The notes: generated by a model not told the origin, from the sequence alone. Shown: positions 15,571-24,561, numbered from the stretch's first letter. The stretch is DNA of 50,842 bases from an archaeon (GCA_043810595.1 JBDRNX010000037.1:1-50842); one strand, 5' to 3'. Program-made: numbers and translations.

Positions 15571-16062
15571 ATGAGACCTAAATCCTTTTTGCTTTTTATT
15601 TTCTTATCTTTTTGTGCGTGTGCTACCATACCTGAAGACTATTCTATTCAGTGCATAAAAGGGAACGTGGTTGTTATGGCACCGCATACGGTTGAGGCCA
15701 GAAACAGCTATCTTGGAAAAGAGGGTCCTGTATGGGCATGGGAAACCACCTTTGTAGAAAACTCTGAGGTTATAGGGGTAACAATAACCCATCGTGAGCT
15801 GAAAATACAAGTCCCAGACGGTAGCGTTTGGGAGAACATAGATCCTGTTACAAAAAAGCCGTTGGGCAAAGTTCCTCTTAGCATTAGGGTTAATCCTGGA
15901 GGTGTGAAGAACTATAAATTTTGGTGTTATGATACCTCCCACAGGATGTGTAACAGTATATGTTCCCTCACTTTCTACGGCGTGGATGACACGGGTAAAC
16001 AGCTCGTTTTGCCCACTATGATATTCTTCTCCCATAAAGGCTGTCAGAAAAGGATTAGGTAA
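15571..16062 (+). CDS. lipoprotein
   Basis: ATG after TAGGGAGG. Reads MRPKSFLLFIFLSFCAC-ATIPE, a signal peptide plus lipobox-like Cys. Confidence 0.55.
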   Translation: MRPKSFLLFIFLSFCACATIPEDYSIQCIKGNVVVMAPHTVEARNSYLGKEGPVWAWETTFVENSEVIGVTITHRELKIQVPDGSVWENIDPVTKKPLGKVPLSIRVNPGGVKNYKFWCYDTSHRMCNSICSLTFYGVDDTGKQLVLPTMIFFSHKGCQKRIR

Positions 16063-16292
16063 TTACAAATCTATGTCAGAGGAAGGTGATATGCGTAAGA
16101 ATCTGTCAAAGGAAATAGCGGGGGGGTGTTGGTTTTCTGGGTCTTTCCATGATTGCTTTCAAAATGGTGAAATGCTTTGAGACGTCAAAGGGAAGGTACA
16201 ATAACTACGTTACCGGCTTGTCAAACGGGGAGGTTTTGAAGTTGAAATATTATGAAAGGAAGGTGAGGTAACCCTGAGAGGAGGTGATTAAG

Positions 16293-16883
16293 ATGAGAAA
16301 GAAAGGTTTTACTGTCATCGAGCTTCTTATCATTATTGCGATTGTCGGTATTATTGCTGCCATCGCCATCCCTATGTACAAGATGCATGTGATGAAGCCA
16401 AGGATTATCACTTCTGCTCTGGAGACTATGCCTCTCTGCAGAGATGTGGAACCTTCTTCAATCAAGATAAAGGGTAGGTGCATTATCATTGATGCAGATA
16501 AGCGGGATTTTGTTTCAGAATACGAGTCCCTACTTAAACCAAATATCAGAGGCGCTATCAGTAACCCTGAATTAACAATCTTCGCTGTGTCTAAAGGTAA
16601 GGAAGTTCAGATTGGTCATTATTCTGTCACTAAAGAGCCTGCTTTTCAGAGTTACGTTGATATTTATGTCATCTACTATCCTGAAAGCGTTCCTGTTGGG
16701 AAAGTTTCCCTCCCCCTATGGAAACCACCGGAAAAGAAGCCAGTTTCGCTGAAGTTGCCTAAAGATTCTAAAGATTATGTGGTGCCAACAGGGTTTGTCG
16801 AGTTGTGGATCAATAACCTTACGGAGCCTAAGGTTCCTAAGGAGCAGCCTGCGGGGGAGTACGAAGTTCTTATCAAGGATTAA
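16293..16883 (+). CDS. bacterial-type type IV pilin/pseudopilin (N-methylation motif)
   Basis: ATG after GAGAGGAGG. MRKKG|FTVIELLIIIAIVGIIAAIAIP is the canonical G-F-T-x-I-E prepilin cleavage/methylation signature. Confidence 0.75.
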   Translation: MRKKGFTVIELLIIIAIVGIIAAIAIPMYKMHVMKPRIITSALETMPLCRDVEPSSIKIKGRCIIIDADKRDFVSEYESLLKPNIRGAISNPELTIFAVSKGKEVQIGHYSVTKEPAFQSYVDIYVIYYPESVPVGKVSLPLWKPPEKKPVSLKLPKDSKDYVVPTGFVELWINNLTEPKVPKEQPAGEYEVLIKD

Positions 16884-16893
16884 AACATTAATG

Positions 16894-16939
16894 GGGTGGG
16901 GCTTCATTTTGTTTCCAATATGGAGCCCCAACCTTTTTT
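16894..16939 (+). terminator. intrinsic-terminator-like hairpin plus T6
   Basis: TGGGGCT (16897-16903) pairs with AGCCCCA (16924-16930). ACCTTTTTT follows. This marks the end of the co-directional cluster. Confidence 0.55.
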
Positions 16940-16960
16940 AAAAATTCTATTTTTTTGCCA

Positions 16961-16983
16961 TAATTTATTGGTTATACAATATT
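16961..16983 (+). repeat. copy 2 of the 23-nt motif TAATyTATTGGnnATACAATATT
   Basis: 20 of 23 positions are identical to 4527-4549. It also follows a hairpin plus T-run. Confidence 0.6.
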
Positions 16984-16997
16984 TAAAAAATAAAAAA

Positions 16998-17480
16998 TTA
17001 CGTTTTCATTTTTCTTAACCATCTAAATCCAAGCGCTGAATAAACAATCGCTAGTGCGGAGTAATTTGCTATCATAAACCATGGCGTACCCCAACTTATT
17101 ACACTGAGATGGAAATCTGATACGGGGTATAAGAATGGAGTCGGAAAAAATTCTTCTGTATGAGTGAATATGTCTATCACTATGTGCATCATCCAAGCTC
17201 CTACCAAGATGAGATACTTTCTAAATTTTAAATAGACAAATATGGCGAAAATACCTGCTATGAAAAGGCTGTGTGTTAGGCTGTACATGAAGGTCACATA
17301 ATTTGGTATGCTCCCCCCATGGGGTCCTCCGAAAATGAAATTTCCAGTTATAAAAAGGATAAAGAGGTATATCCCAAAAGAAAGCAAGTCAGGCATCACG
17401 CTCATTGCTACAGTCCATTTCGTTAGTGTTCTTTTTCTGAAGACAGCGTAACCCCATAGCGCATGAGCAAATACATCCAT
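16998..17480 (-). CDS. polytopic membrane protein, possibly a DUF457/YdjM-like metal-dependent hydrolase
   Basis: 160 aa with 4-5 TM helices. Conserved-looking His/Asp residues (MDVFAHALWG, PDLLSF, MHIVIDIFTH). The family call is tentative. Confidence 0.4.
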   Translation of the reverse strand: MDVFAHALWGYAVFRKRTLTKWTVAMSVMPDLLSFGIYLFILFITGNFIFGGPHGGSIPNYVTFMYSLTHSLFIAGIFAIFVYLKFRKYLILVGAWMMHIVIDIFTHTEEFFPTPFLYPVSDFHLSVISWGTPWFMIANYSALAIVYSALGFRWLRKMKT

Positions 17481-17614
17481 ACTTTATTATCAAAAATTTG
17501 CCGTTTTAAATTTTTTGTTTAATTATTATACTACAACATATATTTTACACCAGTAGTCATCTCGTCATGGGTGCTGTTATTCTTTATAAATTCTAAAAAC
17601 AAATGGTTTGACCT

Positions 17615-18673
17615 ATGATAAAGACCGGCATTACTAACCTACCATTGCATTATGGTTCCTGTCCAAGGTGGCTTTTTTCTAGGATGACTAAGCTTGGCAG
17701 TGCTATCGCTGAGGTTATCGTTTATGAGTATGGCCAGGATGAGTTCATAAAACGCATTTCCGACCCTTTCTTCTTTCAGGCCTTGAGTTGTGTCATTGGT
17801 TTTGACTTCCATTCTAGCGGTACAACTACTACAACATTGGGGGCCCTGAAAGTAGCATTAACAGAAAATGAACTTGGTATAAAAGTCTGTGGGGGTAAGG
17901 GGAATGTCTCAAGGAAAACCCCCTTTGAGATTGAGTTCAACTCTGGTAAAATGGGCGTTTCATCAAAAGCAGATTCGCTCGTTTATGCCTCAAGGATGTC
18001 TGCCAAGGTTGATAATGCAATGATTCAGGACAACTACAATCTCTACGCTCATTTTTTTGTGTTCTCAGAAAAAGGTGCTTATGCTGTTATCCAGCAGGGC
18101 ATGAATTCTAAGGTTAAGTATGCCCGTCGTTATCACTGGCTTTCAGGTTTTGAGAGTTTTGTTGAAGAGCCTCATAATGCTATTTGTTGTGATAAGAAAG
18201 AAAGTGAGGTTCTTGATCTTACCTCCAAGCAGAGTAAAAATACTAGAGAGGTTTCCGTTGACCTAGTTAACGATAATCCTGAGCATCTTAAAAACGACTT
18301 TGATGCTGTTTTGACCATGACACCTAATCATTATAACTTGAATCTTTCTAGGAAGTCACTTGCTTATTTGAGGAAGGCTTACGAGTTTCAGCCAAAAAAC
18401 TATGAAGAGTTGTTGGCAGTACAAGGTGTTGGTCCTGCTGCCGTTCGTTCTCTTGCTTTGATTTCTGAAATAATTTATGGTAGTAAGTCCAGTTGGCAGG
18501 ATCCTGCCAGGTTTAGTTACACACTGGGGGGTAAAGATGGCGTACCTTACAAAATAAATAGAGCCCATTATGATGAAATAACAGAATTTGTAAAATCTTC
18601 AATTAATAATGCTAAAATTGGGGAAAAAGATAAATTAAATGCCATAAAAAGATTGAATGTGTACATAAAATGA
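17615..18673 (+). CDS. DUF763-family protein with an HhH motif
   Basis: The N-terminus TGITNLPLHYGSCPRWLFSRMTKLG matches my recollection of the archaeal DUF763 (COG1415) signature. Helix-hairpin-helix LLAVQGVGPAAVRSLALI. A TATA-like TTTATAAA lies upstream. Confidence 0.55.
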   Translation: MIKTGITNLPLHYGSCPRWLFSRMTKLGSAIAEVIVYEYGQDEFIKRISDPFFFQALSCVIGFDFHSSGTTTTTLGALKVALTENELGIKVCGGKGNVSRKTPFEIEFNSGKMGVSSKADSLVYASRMSAKVDNAMIQDNYNLYAHFFVFSEKGAYAVIQQGMNSKVKYARRYHWLSGFESFVEEPHNAICCDKKESEVLDLTSKQSKNTREVSVDLVNDNPEHLKNDFDAVLTMTPNHYNLNLSRKSLAYLRKAYEFQPKNYEELLAVQGVGPAAVRSLALISEIIYGSKSSWQDPARFSYTLGGKDGVPYKINRAHYDEITEFVKSSINNAKIGEKDKLNAIKRLNVYIK

Positions 18674-19660
18674 ATGCCAAAAGGGATTCAAGGTGTAAAT
18701 TAGACATAGATGAAGAGTTAAAGGTCATCAAGCTATATCAAGCAGGTTTTTGTATTTCAGAGACTTCAAGAATAATAAAGTATAGTCCTCGTGTTGTTTA
18801 TAATACTCTTAAATTTTATAACATAAAAAGAAGGTCTCATGGTGACGGCACAAGATTACTCCACAGGCATATAATCACAGAACCGCCTAATTCTTTTCCT
18901 TATAATTTAAAAGATAATTTTAGTCAATTACTTGCTGTGTTTATGTTAACAGATGGATACCTAAAAAAGGATACTGGGGGTATTATGTTAATAACTACAG
19001 ATGATACCTTAAGAAGGTATTTTTTTGACCTTAATTCAAGAAAAATACGGTCTGCACCCCACTATAAAATCTTATATGCAAAGTGGCAAAGAGACTTCTG
19101 TTTTTAGCAAAGAAGTTACAAAGAGCCTATTGGAGATTTCACCATCTTACAACACTTACCCAACTAAAGGTCTTAAAAACTATATAGCCGGACCGCAGCC
19201 ATCATTGAGGTTTTTAGAAAATGAAGATATGAGCCTGTTAGTAGAGTCTGTAAGGATAGCTATGTCATGTGAAGGTAGTATTTTCCCAGAATTTTCTAGA
19301 GATATAGTTTATCCAAACCTACAATTTGCTTGTTCACATCCAGAATTGTTAGAAGAGTGGCAGGATTTATTCCAAAAGGTGGGTATAAAATCATTTATTT
19401 TGAAATCAAAAATGACATGGTCAGGGGTTAAGGGGTTAGGGATTAAAGAATTAAAAAGCATAAAAAGGTTTATAGAAATTGGTGGGTTTATAGAGGGGGT
19501 TGAAATTACAGGTAAAAGTAAGTATTATAAAGGAATTTATAAAAATGACTTGTTGAAAACTTTATTTAATATGCGAATGAAGTCTTTCAGGTTCCAAAAA
19601 GACTATAGTAATAAAACAAAGAATGAGATTATAGGGGGTATTATAAAAGATGAAAATTAA
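18670..19660 (+). pseudogene. LAGLIDADG-type homing-endonuclease-like gene with an N-terminal HTH, interrupted by a frameshift in a T7 run
   Basis: Two track ORFs (18670-19107 and 19025-19660) join if one T of the run at 19020-19026 is removed, giving ...RRYFLTLIQEKYGL... Motif 1 is LLAVFMLTDGY and motif 2 is VRIAMSCEGS. Confidence 0.55.
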
Positions 19661-20426
19661 GGAAGTTCATTGCAAGTCTTTGTTGAACAAGACAGGTTTG
19701 TCTTGTGATTATTGTATTAATCCTTATACTGGCTGTTCCAACAACTGTGTTTATTGCTATGCTCGTTTTATGTTAAGGTACACTAACCATAAGGAGGAGT
19801 GGGGTAGTTTTGTTGATGTTAAGGTCAATGCTGTCGATGTTCTGCAGAGGGAATTGAGGAAGGCCAAGCCAGGCAGTATTTTCATAAGCTCTGTTACTGA
19901 TGCCTATCAGGCTGTCGAGTCCAAGTATAAGCTTACTAGAAGGATACTTGAGGTTCTTCCCAAGAATTTCACCCCTTATATCCTCACGAAGTCTGCCCTG
20001 GTTACTCGTGATATTGATATTTTGAGGGGTTTTAAGAGAGCGACTGTTGGTTTTACAATTACCAGCTTGAATGATTGGAAGAATTTTGAGCCTAACTCTT
20101 CCCCTGTTGAGGATAGGATTAAGGCTTTGAAGAAGGTGCATGATGCTGGCATTAAGACCAATGTTTTTTTGGGTCCTGTACTCCCTTACATAACTGATAA
20201 GGATCTTGAGATTCTTATGGAGAGAATTGGTTTTGTTGATTCGGTAATGGTTGACAGGCTTAACATTAAGTGTGGTAATTGGCCTCGCATAAAGGATGTT
20301 GTACTTAGGGATTATCCCGATTTGTATGACAAGTTTGCTTATGCCGTTTTCGAGGATGATTCTTATTTCTTCAATTTTAAGAAGACGGTTAAGAATTTGA
20401 GGCGTAATGTTAAGTTTATTTATTGA
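19650..20426 (+). CDS. radical SAM protein, SplB / DNA-photolyase-like (COG1533-type)
   Basis: [17 protein letters not shown] is a CxxxCxxC cluster in the context typical of SplB-like enzymes. The start overlaps the upstream gene. Confidence 0.65.
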   Translation: MKIKEVHCKSLLNKTGLSCDYCINPYTGCSNNCVYCYARFMLRYTNHKEEWGSFVDVKVNAVDVLQRELRKAKPGSIFISSVTDAYQAVESKYKLTRRILEVLPKNFTPYILTKSALVTRDIDILRGFKRATVGFTITSLNDWKNFEPNSSPVEDRIKALKKVHDAGIKTNVFLGPVLPYITDKDLEILMERIGFVDSVMVDRLNIKCGNWPRIKDVVLRDYPDLYDKFAYAVFEDDSYFFNFKKTVKNLRRNVKFIY

Positions 20427-20614
20427 TGTAGCTTTGTGAATCTCTTTATGCTTCTATCATAAGTTTTTTCTATTTCTTTAGGGAAGAAACATGCCGGTAG
20501 CTCATTATGTTTCCTATGGTATGCTATGCACTCACAGCAGTAACCCTTTCTCGGACACGGTTCGTATGTACAGTTGCATTCTTTCATGTTATTTTCTTTT
20601 GTGCACTCTCTCAT
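20420..20614 (-). CDS. small Cys-rich protein (DUF6485-like)
   Basis: [32 protein letters not shown]. The ATG at 20614 forms an ATGA overlap with the stop of the upstream radical SAM gene. Confidence 0.55.
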   Translation of the reverse strand: MRECTKENNMKECNCTYEPCPRKGYCCECIAYHRKHNELPACFFPKEIEKTYDRSIKRFTKLHQ

Positions 20615-21636
20615 TTCCAAACTCCAGGTATTTTCTCTTTGCATTTGAAGCATTTGCCGTTTTTTATTTTATTGTATTCGATGCCGAAGTAGCTTCCTCT
20701 TTTTATGAGTCTTTCCCCGCATTTAGGGCAGAACGTATCGGAGTAACCGCTTTCATAGCCGGCATTGCCTAGGTAAACAAATTTTATTCCTGTATTCCTT
20801 GCTATTTCGTATGCCTTTTTCAAAGTTTCCATAGGGGTTATTGGTGTGTTGTACATCTCGTAGCAAGGGTAGAATCTTGAGAAGTGTAACGGTACATTAG
20901 CACCTAGGTTCTTTTTTATCCATTGGCACATTTTTTTTATCATTTTTTTATCATCGTTGAATCCAGGTATTACCAAGTTTGTTACTTCAAACCATACTTT
21001 CATCTTTCTAAGAGTTTTTAGTGAGTTCAGCACAGGTTCGAGTCTTACTTCGCATACCTTTTTGTAGAACTCTTCGCTGAATCCTTTCAAATCAACGTTC
21101 GTTCCGTCGATGTATTTGTATAGTTCTTTTAGCGGTTTTTCGTTTATGTAGCCGTTAGTTACAGTAACATTCTTCAGTTTTTTCTTTTTTGCTATTTTTG
21201 CTGTTTCAAAAACATATTCGTAGAATATGGTTGGCTCGTTGTAAGTGTAGGATATGCTTTGGCATTTTGATTTTGCTGCGTTTTTTACAACCTGTTCTGG
21301 TTCCATTTTCATGCTGGGCACTTCTTCTGGTTTTGCCCTTGATGTTGAGTAGTTCTGGCAGTGGTGGCAGAATAGGTTGCATCCAACAGTTCCTATCGAG
21401 TATGATTGGCTTCCTGGTAAGAAATGGTACAGGGGCTTTTTTTCTATGGGGTCTACGTTTACTGAGCACGGCCTTCCATATACCAAGCTGTATAGTTTCC
21501 CTTCCCTGTTTTCTCTCACCCCGCATTTTCCCCTCTCTCTGTTTTTGAGTGTGCAGTACCATGGGCATAGTTGGCATTGTACCGAGTCTTTTTTTATCTT
21601 CTTGTAGTGCATTGCCTCTTTTAGAATACTATCCAT
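20611..21636 (-). CDS. AmmeMemoRadiSam-system-type radical SAM enzyme (PFL-activase-like)
   Basis: [29 protein letters not shown]...[31 protein letters not shown] matches the family layout as I recall it. Confidence 0.7.
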   Translation of the reverse strand: MDSILKEAMHYKKIKKDSVQCQLCPWYCTLKNRERGKCGVRENREGKLYSLVYGRPCSVNVDPIEKKPLYHFLPGSQSYSIGTVGCNLFCHHCQNYSTSRAKPEEVPSMKMEPEQVVKNAAKSKCQSISYTYNEPTIFYEYVFETAKIAKKKKLKNVTVTNGYINEKPLKELYKYIDGTNVDLKGFSEEFYKKVCEVRLEPVLNSLKTLRKMKVWFEVTNLVIPGFNDDKKMIKKMCQWIKKNLGANVPLHFSRFYPCYEMYNTPITPMETLKKAYEIARNTGIKFVYLGNAGYESGYSDTFCPKCGERLIKRGSYFGIEYNKIKNGKCFKCKEKIPGVWK

Positions 21637-21713
21637 TCACTTAACTTACTAATCTTTGTTTATATTTTTTTTGGAAAGAAACTTTTTTATAATACCTTTT
21701 ACTTTTATATGTT

Positions 21714-23426
21714 ATGAAGAATCTGGAGATTGCAAAAATCTTCCATGAGATTGCAAACATTCTGGAGATGCAAGGGGTGAATTGGAAGCCTGCTGCCTAC
21801 CGTAAGGCTGCTCGTTCCCTCGAGTCCCTTTCTGAAGAGTTGGAGGATATATACAAAAGGGGTAAATTAAAGGACATTCCTGGCGTTGGCGAGGCTCTTG
21901 CCAAGAAGATAGCAGAATACATAGAGACTGGTAAGATCCAGGAGTATGAGCGGTTGAAGAAGACCGTTCCTAAGGGTATTACAAAGCTTATGGATATCCA
22001 GGGTTTGGGTCCTAAGAAGGTTAAGGCCTTGTACAAGAAGCTGGGTATCAGGTCTGTCAAAGATTTGGAGAATGCTGCTAAGAAACATAAGATAAGCAAG
22101 CTTCCTTTGTTCAAGGAGAAGACAGAGGAGAACATCCTGAAGGGTTTGGAGTTATACAAGAGAGGTGAAGCAAGAACACTCCTTTTTTACATAAAGCCTA
22201 TTGCTGAGGGGATAGTTAACAGGCTGAAGTCGTTGAAAGAGGTTGATAAGGCTGTTGCTGCCGGCTCTTTAAGAAGGCAGAAGGAGGCCGTTCGTGACAT
22301 TGACATTCTTGTCATTTCTAAAAATCCCGGTAAGGTTATGGATTTCTTTACTAGTATGCCTGATGTTAAGCGTGTCCTTGCAAAGGGGCTGACTAAGTCT
22401 ACGGTTATAATCAAGGAGGGTATTCAGGTTGACGTTCGTGTTGTTAAGCCTGAGAGTTTCGGTTCTGCTTTGATGTATTTTACTGGCTCTAAGGACAATA
22501 ACATTGCTATGCGTGTTATCTCAATAAAGAAGGGTTACAAGTTGTCGGAGTATGGCTTGTTTTCTAAGAAGACGGGTAGGATGGTGGCAGGTAGGACAGA
22601 ATTGGATATATACAAGAAGCTCGGTATGGATTACATAGAGCCTGAGCTTAGGGAGAGTATGGGTGAGCTCGAAGCTTCGGCACAGCATAGGTTGCCTAAT
22701 TTGGTTAGGTTGGAAGATATTAAGGGGGATCTTCACGTTCACAGCAAGTATAGCGACGGTTCTGACTCGATAATTGACTTGGCCAATCATGCTAAAAAGT
22801 TTGGCTATTCTTACATTAACGTATCAGATCACTCAAAGTCCCAGCGTATCGCCCGCGGCATTAAGGATGATGATGTTATAAAAAAGATTGAGGATGTTAA
22901 GCGTGTTAACTCTAAAGTGAGGGGCATCAAGGTTTTTTGCGGTACAGAGGTGGACATACTTGCTGATGGCTCACTGGATTACGATGATGATGTCCTTAAA
23001 AAATTTGATATTGTTACAGCATCTGTTCACAGCAATTTCAAAATGCCTATGGAGAAGATGACTGAGAGGTTGGTTTCTGCTTTGCAGAACCCTTATGTTC
23101 ACATATTTGGCCACCCTACAGGTCGCTTGATAGGTCATCGTGAGCCTTATGAATTTGATTTTGATAAGGTCCTGCTTGCTGCGGTGAAGAATAAAAAGTT
23201 TTTTGAGATAAACTGCGTTCCTGACCGCATGGATTTGCCTCCTAACCTGATTAAGGCAGCTATTGAAGGAGGTGTTAAGTTTGCTATAGGTACAGATTCC
23301 CACAACCTTAATCACTTTGCTTTTATGAACGAGGGCATATCTCTTGCCCGTAGGGGTTGGTGTAGGAAGTCCGACGTTCTTAACACCTATGATTTAGCCC
23401 AGCTTTTAAAGGTTTTAAAGCCTTAA
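21714..23426 (+). CDS. polX: family X DNA polymerase with a C-terminal PHP domain
   Basis: 570 aa. N-terminal HhH region (IAKIFHEIANILEMQG, GVGEALAKKI, GLGPKKV), the palm motif RDIDILV, and a PHP domain (GDLHVHSKYSDG ... GTDSH). Confidence 0.9.
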   Translation: MKNLEIAKIFHEIANILEMQGVNWKPAAYRKAARSLESLSEELEDIYKRGKLKDIPGVGEALAKKIAEYIETGKIQEYERLKKTVPKGITKLMDIQGLGPKKVKALYKKLGIRSVKDLENAAKKHKISKLPLFKEKTEENILKGLELYKRGEARTLLFYIKPIAEGIVNRLKSLKEVDKAVAAGSLRRQKEAVRDIDILVISKNPGKVMDFFTSMPDVKRVLAKGLTKSTVIIKEGIQVDVRVVKPESFGSALMYFTGSKDNNIAMRVISIKKGYKLSEYGLFSKKTGRMVAGRTELDIYKKLGMDYIEPELRESMGELEASAQHRLPNLVRLEDIKGDLHVHSKYSDGSDSIIDLANHAKKFGYSYINVSDHSKSQRIARGIKDDDVIKKIEDVKRVNSKVRGIKVFCGTEVDILADGSLDYDDDVLKKFDIVTASVHSNFKMPMEKMTERLVSALQNPYVHIFGHPTGRLIGHREPYEFDFDKVLLAAVKNKKFFEINCVPDRMDLPPNLIKAAIEGGVKFAIGTDSHNLNHFAFMNEGISLARRGWCRKSDVLNTYDLAQLLKVLKP

Positions 23427-23466
23427 TGATAAGTTTTAAATATTTATTTGCTCTATATAGTTTAAG

Positions 23467-23613
23467 ATGAAAGCCGCTGCTTGTATGGTTTGTAAGCAGA
23501 GGATCGCAAAATACACCTGCATTAAGTGTGGTTCTTTGGTTTGTGACATTTGCTATGACAGGGATAGCGGGATGTGCATTGCTTGTAAACGCGGCAAGGT
23601 TTTTAAGAAGTAG
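23467..23613 (+). CDS. 48-aa zinc-finger protein (not in the track)
   Basis: Hand-translated as MKAAACMVCKQRIAKYTCIKCGSLVCDICYDRDSGMCIACKRGKVFKK, which contains four CxxC pairs. Confidence 0.5.
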   Translation: MKAAACMVCKQRIAKYTCIKCGSLVCDICYDRDSGMCIACKRGKVFKK

Positions 23614-23625
23614 GAGGTGGTTTTT

Positions 23626-23901
23626 ATGGAATACAACAGTTTTGTTTTAAAGAGGATACCTCAAGATGTTAAGAACAAGAACAAGTTGGCTTTTGGTATG
23701 CTCCTGTCGATAATAAGGGAGAATGCCATAAGGACCACTGAGCAGCTTAATAATTTCATATATGGTGAGATAGATGCTGCAAGGCGTTGGCTCGCTCAGA
23801 ATAAAACTGCTCCAACTATGAACAGGCTTAGGCGTGAGATGGTTCAGAAGTTGGAGTATTTGAATAGGGTTAAGGGCTTGTCAGATGCTTATCTAAAATG
23901 A
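23626..23901 (+). CDS. hypothetical protein
   Basis: ATG lies 8 nt after TAGGAGGTGG. ATGA overlap with the downstream nfi gene. Confidence 0.5.
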   Translation: MEYNSFVLKRIPQDVKNKNKLAFGMLLSIIRENAIRTTEQLNNFIYGEIDAARRWLAQNKTAPTMNRLRREMVQKLEYLNRVKGLSDAYLK

Positions 23902-24521
23902 GGGTTAAGGAAAATCGTGAGTTGCAGGAGAAGGTTGCTGAGAAGGTCTTGGTTAAGGACGACTTCGGTGAGATTAATCTAATAGCGGGTTTTGACATAG
24001 CTGCTACTGGGAAGGATTTGGTTTGTGGTGGGGTTATCATAGATAAGGATTTCAAGGTTGTTGAGCAGAAGTATTCTGTTTCGAAGGAGAGGTTCCCTTA
24101 CATTCCCACTTTGTTGATGTTCCGTGAGGGTCCTCCTATTTTTGACACTTTTGCTAAGTTTGACGTGAGGCCTGACCTGGTGATGGTTGATGGTAATGGC
24201 ATTTTGCACCCTTTGAAGTCTGGCTTGGCTTCTTATGTTGGTGTTTCTCTTAACATTCCGACTGTGGGTGTTGCTAAGAAGTTGCTTTGTGGTGAAGTCC
24301 ATCAGGGTAAGGTTTACGTTGACGATGAGGTTATGGGTATTGTGCTTTATACTAAGGAGGGCAGCAATCCTATTTTTGTCAGCCCTGGGCATCGTGTTTC
24401 TGTTGAGTCTGCCGGTGAGCTTGTTAAGTCTCTTTTGAAGCCTGCTTTTAAGCTTCCAGAGCCTTTGAGGCTTGCTCACAAGTATTCTGTTAGGTTTAAG
24501 AAGAAGGGTTTTCAAGAGTGA
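23898..24521 (+). CDS. nfi: endonuclease V
   Basis: IAGFDIA, FPYIPTLLMFREGPP, VMVDGNGILHPLKSGLASYVGVSLNIPTVGVAKKLL are the conserved Nfi blocks. Confidence 0.88.
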   Translation: MRVKENRELQEKVAEKVLVKDDFGEINLIAGFDIAATGKDLVCGGVIIDKDFKVVEQKYSVSKERFPYIPTLLMFREGPPIFDTFAKFDVRPDLVMVDGNGILHPLKSGLASYVGVSLNIPTVGVAKKLLCGEVHQGKVYVDDEVMGIVLYTKEGSNPIFVSPGHRVSVESAGELVKSLLKPAFKLPEPLRLAHKYSVRFKKKGFQE

Positions 24522-24561
24522 TGGAAAGTTTTATTATTCTTCTAGTTTAGTTTTATTTTGT

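Noticed and set aside
16850-17050. Treating the left 17 kb as a definite bacterial contig mis-joined to archaeal sequence.
   Set aside because: This cannot be excluded without reads. Three observations argue against an outright chimera call: the compositional difference is modest, the 19-nt archaeal-type BRE/TATA element is shared between 4733 and 49323, and other murein-related and lipobox genes lie in the archaeal part. It is flagged as a check instead.
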